From an uncultured archaeon (GTDB lineage Archaea; Thermoproteota; Nitrososphaeria_A; Caldarchaeales; Wolframiiraptoraceae), in the NCBI GenBank assembly GCA_938083505.1, contig CALKCF010000006.1, positions 64,001 through 128,000 on the forward strand: a stretch of DNA of 64,000 bases, written 5' to 3'. Numbering within the stretch: position 1 is the first letter of the stretch; each line of letters starts with the position of its first letter. Under the pieces are notes generated by a model that made no database searches, had not been told where the DNA came from, and worked only from the letters and a program-made list of their open reading frames with translations. This document shows positions 61,141 to 64,000 of the stretch, in pieces. The position numbers and the translations under genes were made by a program.

Positions 61141-62154
61141 TTAATCCTCTTCGTTCTTTAATATTGACAATACCTCAGTATTCAGAAGTGCTATAGCCTT
61201 TTGCGGGTTAGGCCCTATTGGTGAGCCGATGACTATGTGTTCGTAGCCCAGGGACTGTATGGTGAGAAGCTTTTCAGTTACCTGCTTAGGTGTTCCATAA
61301 ATCGTGAAGTTATCAACCTCATCCTCAACGAGAGACTTGGCTTCTTGGAGATCCATACGCATAAGTGCCAACCTAACCTTCGATGCTTTTTCTGCGCTTA
61401 CACCTAACCGTTCGAGGACTGTATCGTTCGAGCCTGCAAGTATGTATGCGGCATATGGCAATGCCGCCTTTTTCGCAAGCAAAACGTCGTCCGATATTGA
61501 GACAGGAGTATGGGCTACTATGTCAATATTCGATGGGTTTCTTCCAACGTTCATGCTTGTATGGTATATTAAATTATACGCATATCTTAACATATCCTCG
61601 TCGGAGAAGTTTACAAGTATACCGTCGGCAAAACGTGTCGCCATCTTGAGCATGTTGTCACCTTGGGCACCAACATAGACGGGGATGTTGTTCTGATCTC
61701 CGAAGTTTAGTTTCGCATTTATTAATTTAAACGCAGTGCCGGAAAGATTAACGAATTCCCCCCTTAGTAGTCCCTTGATGGAAAGTAACGCATCCCTTAC
61801 CACACTCACTGGATTGTACCTCTCAAAACCTAGTTGCATAAGGCTCAGAAAGTCGCCCGCTCCTATGCCGCACACAACCCTACCCTTTGCCAAATCCGTT
61901 AGGGTTAAGATGCTCTGGGCTATGTATGCCGGATGATGTATATATGGGCTTAACACACCAGGACCTATTTTGGTATGCTGAGTAGCTGATGCGATAAAAG
62001 CCAAGGCGATGAATACATTTTTGTTATGATAGTGGTCGCTGACCCATATCGTATCGAAACAAAGCCCATCGATCACTTTGGCTAACTCTCTAAGGATTGT
62101 GAGATGCCATTTTGGTGTAAGTTCTACAGAAAGTTTAAAGGTCAACGAGTCCAC
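61141..62154 (-). CDS. F420-dependent LLM oxidoreductase, Mer-like
   Basis: SDHYHNKN, IGPGV..PY, GIGAGD, VYVGAQG, ADGILVN, GSPIGP. Confidence 0.8.
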   Translation of the reverse strand: MDSLTFKLSVELTPKWHLTILRELAKVIDGLCFDTIWVSDHYHNKNVFIALAFIASATQHTKIGPGVLSPYIHHPAYIAQSILTLTDLAKGRVVCGIGAGDFLSLMQLGFERYNPVSVVRDALLSIKGLLRGEFVNLSGTAFKLINAKLNFGDQNNIPVYVGAQGDNMLKMATRFADGILVNFSDEDMLRYAYNLIYHTSMNVGRNPSNIDIVAHTPVSISDDVLLAKKAALPYAAYILAGSNDTVLERLGVSAEKASKVRLALMRMDLQEAKSLVEDEVDNFTIYGTPKQVTEKLLTIQSLGYEHIVIGSPIGPNPQKAIALLNTEVLSILKNEED

Positions 62155-62260
62155 CGTTTACCATATATGCATTATTTAGTATGCAAAATACTTTAAAATT
62201 ATGTTTAGAGATCCATTAGGATTGGAAACGGTTATATTTTCATGGGTTTCCTAAAAACAC

Positions 62261-62995
62261 ATGTTGATCTCAAAAAGGGCGACCATGAAGGGGTATGTAT
62301 CTCACGGCTGCTACGTGTTTGGTAATAGTTACATTGGCAAAGGCACATTCATCGATACTAATGTTGTGCTAGGTTATCCTTCCAGAAGCAAGCTTTTACA
62401 AGTAAAATTCGAAGGTCAGCAAGTGCTTGAAGTTTTAGATAGTTTAAGCAACGGCACCAGGGTAGGCGATAATTGTATCATAAGGTGCGGTACCGTGATA
62501 TATGAAGACGTGAATATAGGAAACTGCGTAGAAACTGGCCATAATGTTCTGATAAGGTCTGGCTCACAAATAGGCGATAATTGTATTATAGGCACAGGAA
62601 CCCAACTTGACGGTTCTGTAAAAATTGGCAACAATGTCAAAGTGGAATCAATGGTATACTTACCTCATTTAACTGAAATCGGCGACAATGTATTTTTGGG
62701 ACCAGGAGTGAGGGTGACGAACGACCTGTATCCGCCAAGTAAAAGGCTAGTTGGGGTGCGCATAGAGAACGGTGCCTCTATAGGTTGCGGAGCGATCCTT
62801 TTAGCCGGCATAACGATTGGAAAAGGAGCGGTTGTCGCTGCTGGCGCCGTTGTCACAAGAGACGTCCCGTCTAACGTTGTCGTTAAAGGCATACCCGCCA
62901 GATTGCATGCAAGCAAAAACGACTTCTTAAAGAAAAAATCCGATTATGAGGCAGGAGCCCATGGTGCAGTATATAAACCATCTACTCATAAATGA
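62261..62995 (+). CDS. Hexapeptide-repeat (left-handed beta-helix) acyltransferase
   Basis: Repeated IGxNxxI units, TNDLYPP, GAVVTRDVP. Confidence 0.88.
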   Translation: MLISKRATMKGYVSHGCYVFGNSYIGKGTFIDTNVVLGYPSRSKLLQVKFEGQQVLEVLDSLSNGTRVGDNCIIRCGTVIYEDVNIGNCVETGHNVLIRSGSQIGDNCIIGTGTQLDGSVKIGNNVKVESMVYLPHLTEIGDNVFLGPGVRVTNDLYPPSKRLVGVRIENGASIGCGAILLAGITIGKGAVVAAGAVVTRDVPSNVVVKGIPARLHASKNDFLKKKSDYEAGAHGAVYKPSTHK

Positions 62996-63073
62996 GAGGG
63001 TTCTATAATGAATTTTAAGATTAAGTTTAAATTCACAAAATTTATATTGACATTCTGCTAAGGAGAGTATGTA

Positions 63074-63382
63074 ATGCCGGATATCTGTCCGCGCTGTGGG
63101 TTGCCAACATCGATATGTGCCTGCGGGACCATAAGTCGTGAGCAACAGCGTGTTAGAGTGAAGTTAGAGCTTAGGAAATGGGGCAAAGTATCTACCATCG
63201 TAGAAGGGCTGGACGGTAGCAAGAAAGATCTGATGGAGATAGCTTCAAAGCTAAAATCGGTGTGCGCATGCGGCGGCGCTCTCAAAAATGGTGTAATAAT
63301 ACTTCAAGGCGACCATAAAGAGAAGGTAAAAGAGGTTTTAATAAGCATAGGTATACAGCCTGAAAATATTGATGTGATATAG
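63074..63382 (+). CDS. Translation initiation factor aIF1 / SUI1
   Basis: ICPRCGLP, LKSVCACGG, LQGDH. Confidence 0.93.
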   Translation: MPDICPRCGLPTSICACGTISREQQRVRVKLELRKWGKVSTIVEGLDGSKKDLMEIASKLKSVCACGGALKNGVIILQGDHKEKVKEVLISIGIQPENIDVI

Positions 63383-63395
63383 GGTTAAAATGTGC

Positions 63396-64000
63396 CTAAC
63401 TGGTGGAACTGACGGCGGAAGGTTGTGTAGACGTCATACCTTCTAGAACGTCCTTTAGACCTTTGAACCTGTTGCGGACCGTTACCTCTGTTACACCAGC
63501 AGCCCTTGCTATGTCTTTCTGTGTTACATTCTGACCAGTCTCTTGACATGCCATGTAAAGTGCTGCTGCTGCCATACCTACAGGGTCCTTTCCTACGGTC
63601 GCACCTCTTGATGAAGCTAATGTTAGCACCTTAATGGCCTCTTGGACAACTTTTTCTTCCAAGTTTAGCTTTGACGCTATCTTGTAGAGATAGATTTTGG
63701 GATCGGAAACAGGTACCTTAAGGTTTAAGTGCTTCAAGAGCAAGCGGTAGCCCTGAGCTATTGTCTTTCTCTTCACCACAGGATATGCCTTCTCGAACTC
63801 CCTTAAGTCCCTCGGTGTGTCCATCATCCTGCATGCCGCATAAGTTGCTGCTGCCATTATGGACCTTATTGACCTTCCTCGAACGAGACCGGCTTTCAGT
63901 GCATTCCTGTATATCAGCATAGCCCTCTCTGCAACCGCCTTCGATAGATGTAGCTTGTCAACATATATTTCAAGAATGTTCACCGCTTGCTGGAGATTTC
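63396..64000 (-). CDS. tfb: Transcription initiation factor IIB (partial, 5' end outside window)
   Basis: LVRGRSI, GKDPVGMAAAALY, TQKDIA..AGVTEVTVRNR. Confidence 0.95.
   Translation of the reverse strand, partial: NLQQAVNILEIYVDKLHLSKAVAERAMLIYRNALKAGLVRGRSIRSIMAAATYAACRMMDTPRDLREFEKAYPVVKRKTIAQGYRLLLKHLNLKVPVSDPKIYLYKIASKLNLEEKVVQEAIKVLTLASSRGATVGKDPVGMAAAALYMACQETGQNVTQKDIARAAGVTEVTVRNRFKGLKDVLEGMTSTQPSAVSSTS

Noticed and set aside
1-64000. CRISPR array, rRNA, intact transposase or integrase, further BHB introns
   Set aside because: None seen by eye; other conserved genes read through without breaks, though short in-frame introns cannot be excluded without alignment

Overview
Gene-dense archaeal core-genome window. 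PolD large subunit together with Elf1, GINS, TFB and an intron-bearing cbf5 suggests a TACK archaeon outside the classical Crenarchaeota, most likely Aigarchaeota/Nitrososphaeria-like (inference). It holds rearranged pieces of the ribosomal superoperons, replication genes (priS, gins, polC), three aminoacyl-tRNA synthetases, a contiguous mevalonate cluster, Mo/W-cofactor genes near two decayed Fe-S genes, a trpB2-serA/aminotransferase module and one tRNA-Ser(UGA). The clearest hidden feature is a 20-nt bulge-helix-bulge (BHB) mRNA intron splitting the catalytic Asp codon of cbf5. Other leads: probable CTG starts (priS, tatC) amid heavy TTG/GTG use, a small protein resembling eukaryotic DPM2 plus a PMT-type mannosyltransferase, TGTACA (TRP-box-like) motifs at trpB2, four inverted repeats upstream of HMG-CoA reductase, and unusual fusions (HTH-CoaD, TatC-zinc ribbon). 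No CRISPR array, rRNA or intact mobile element was seen. All calls come from reading motifs by eye; no database search was run.
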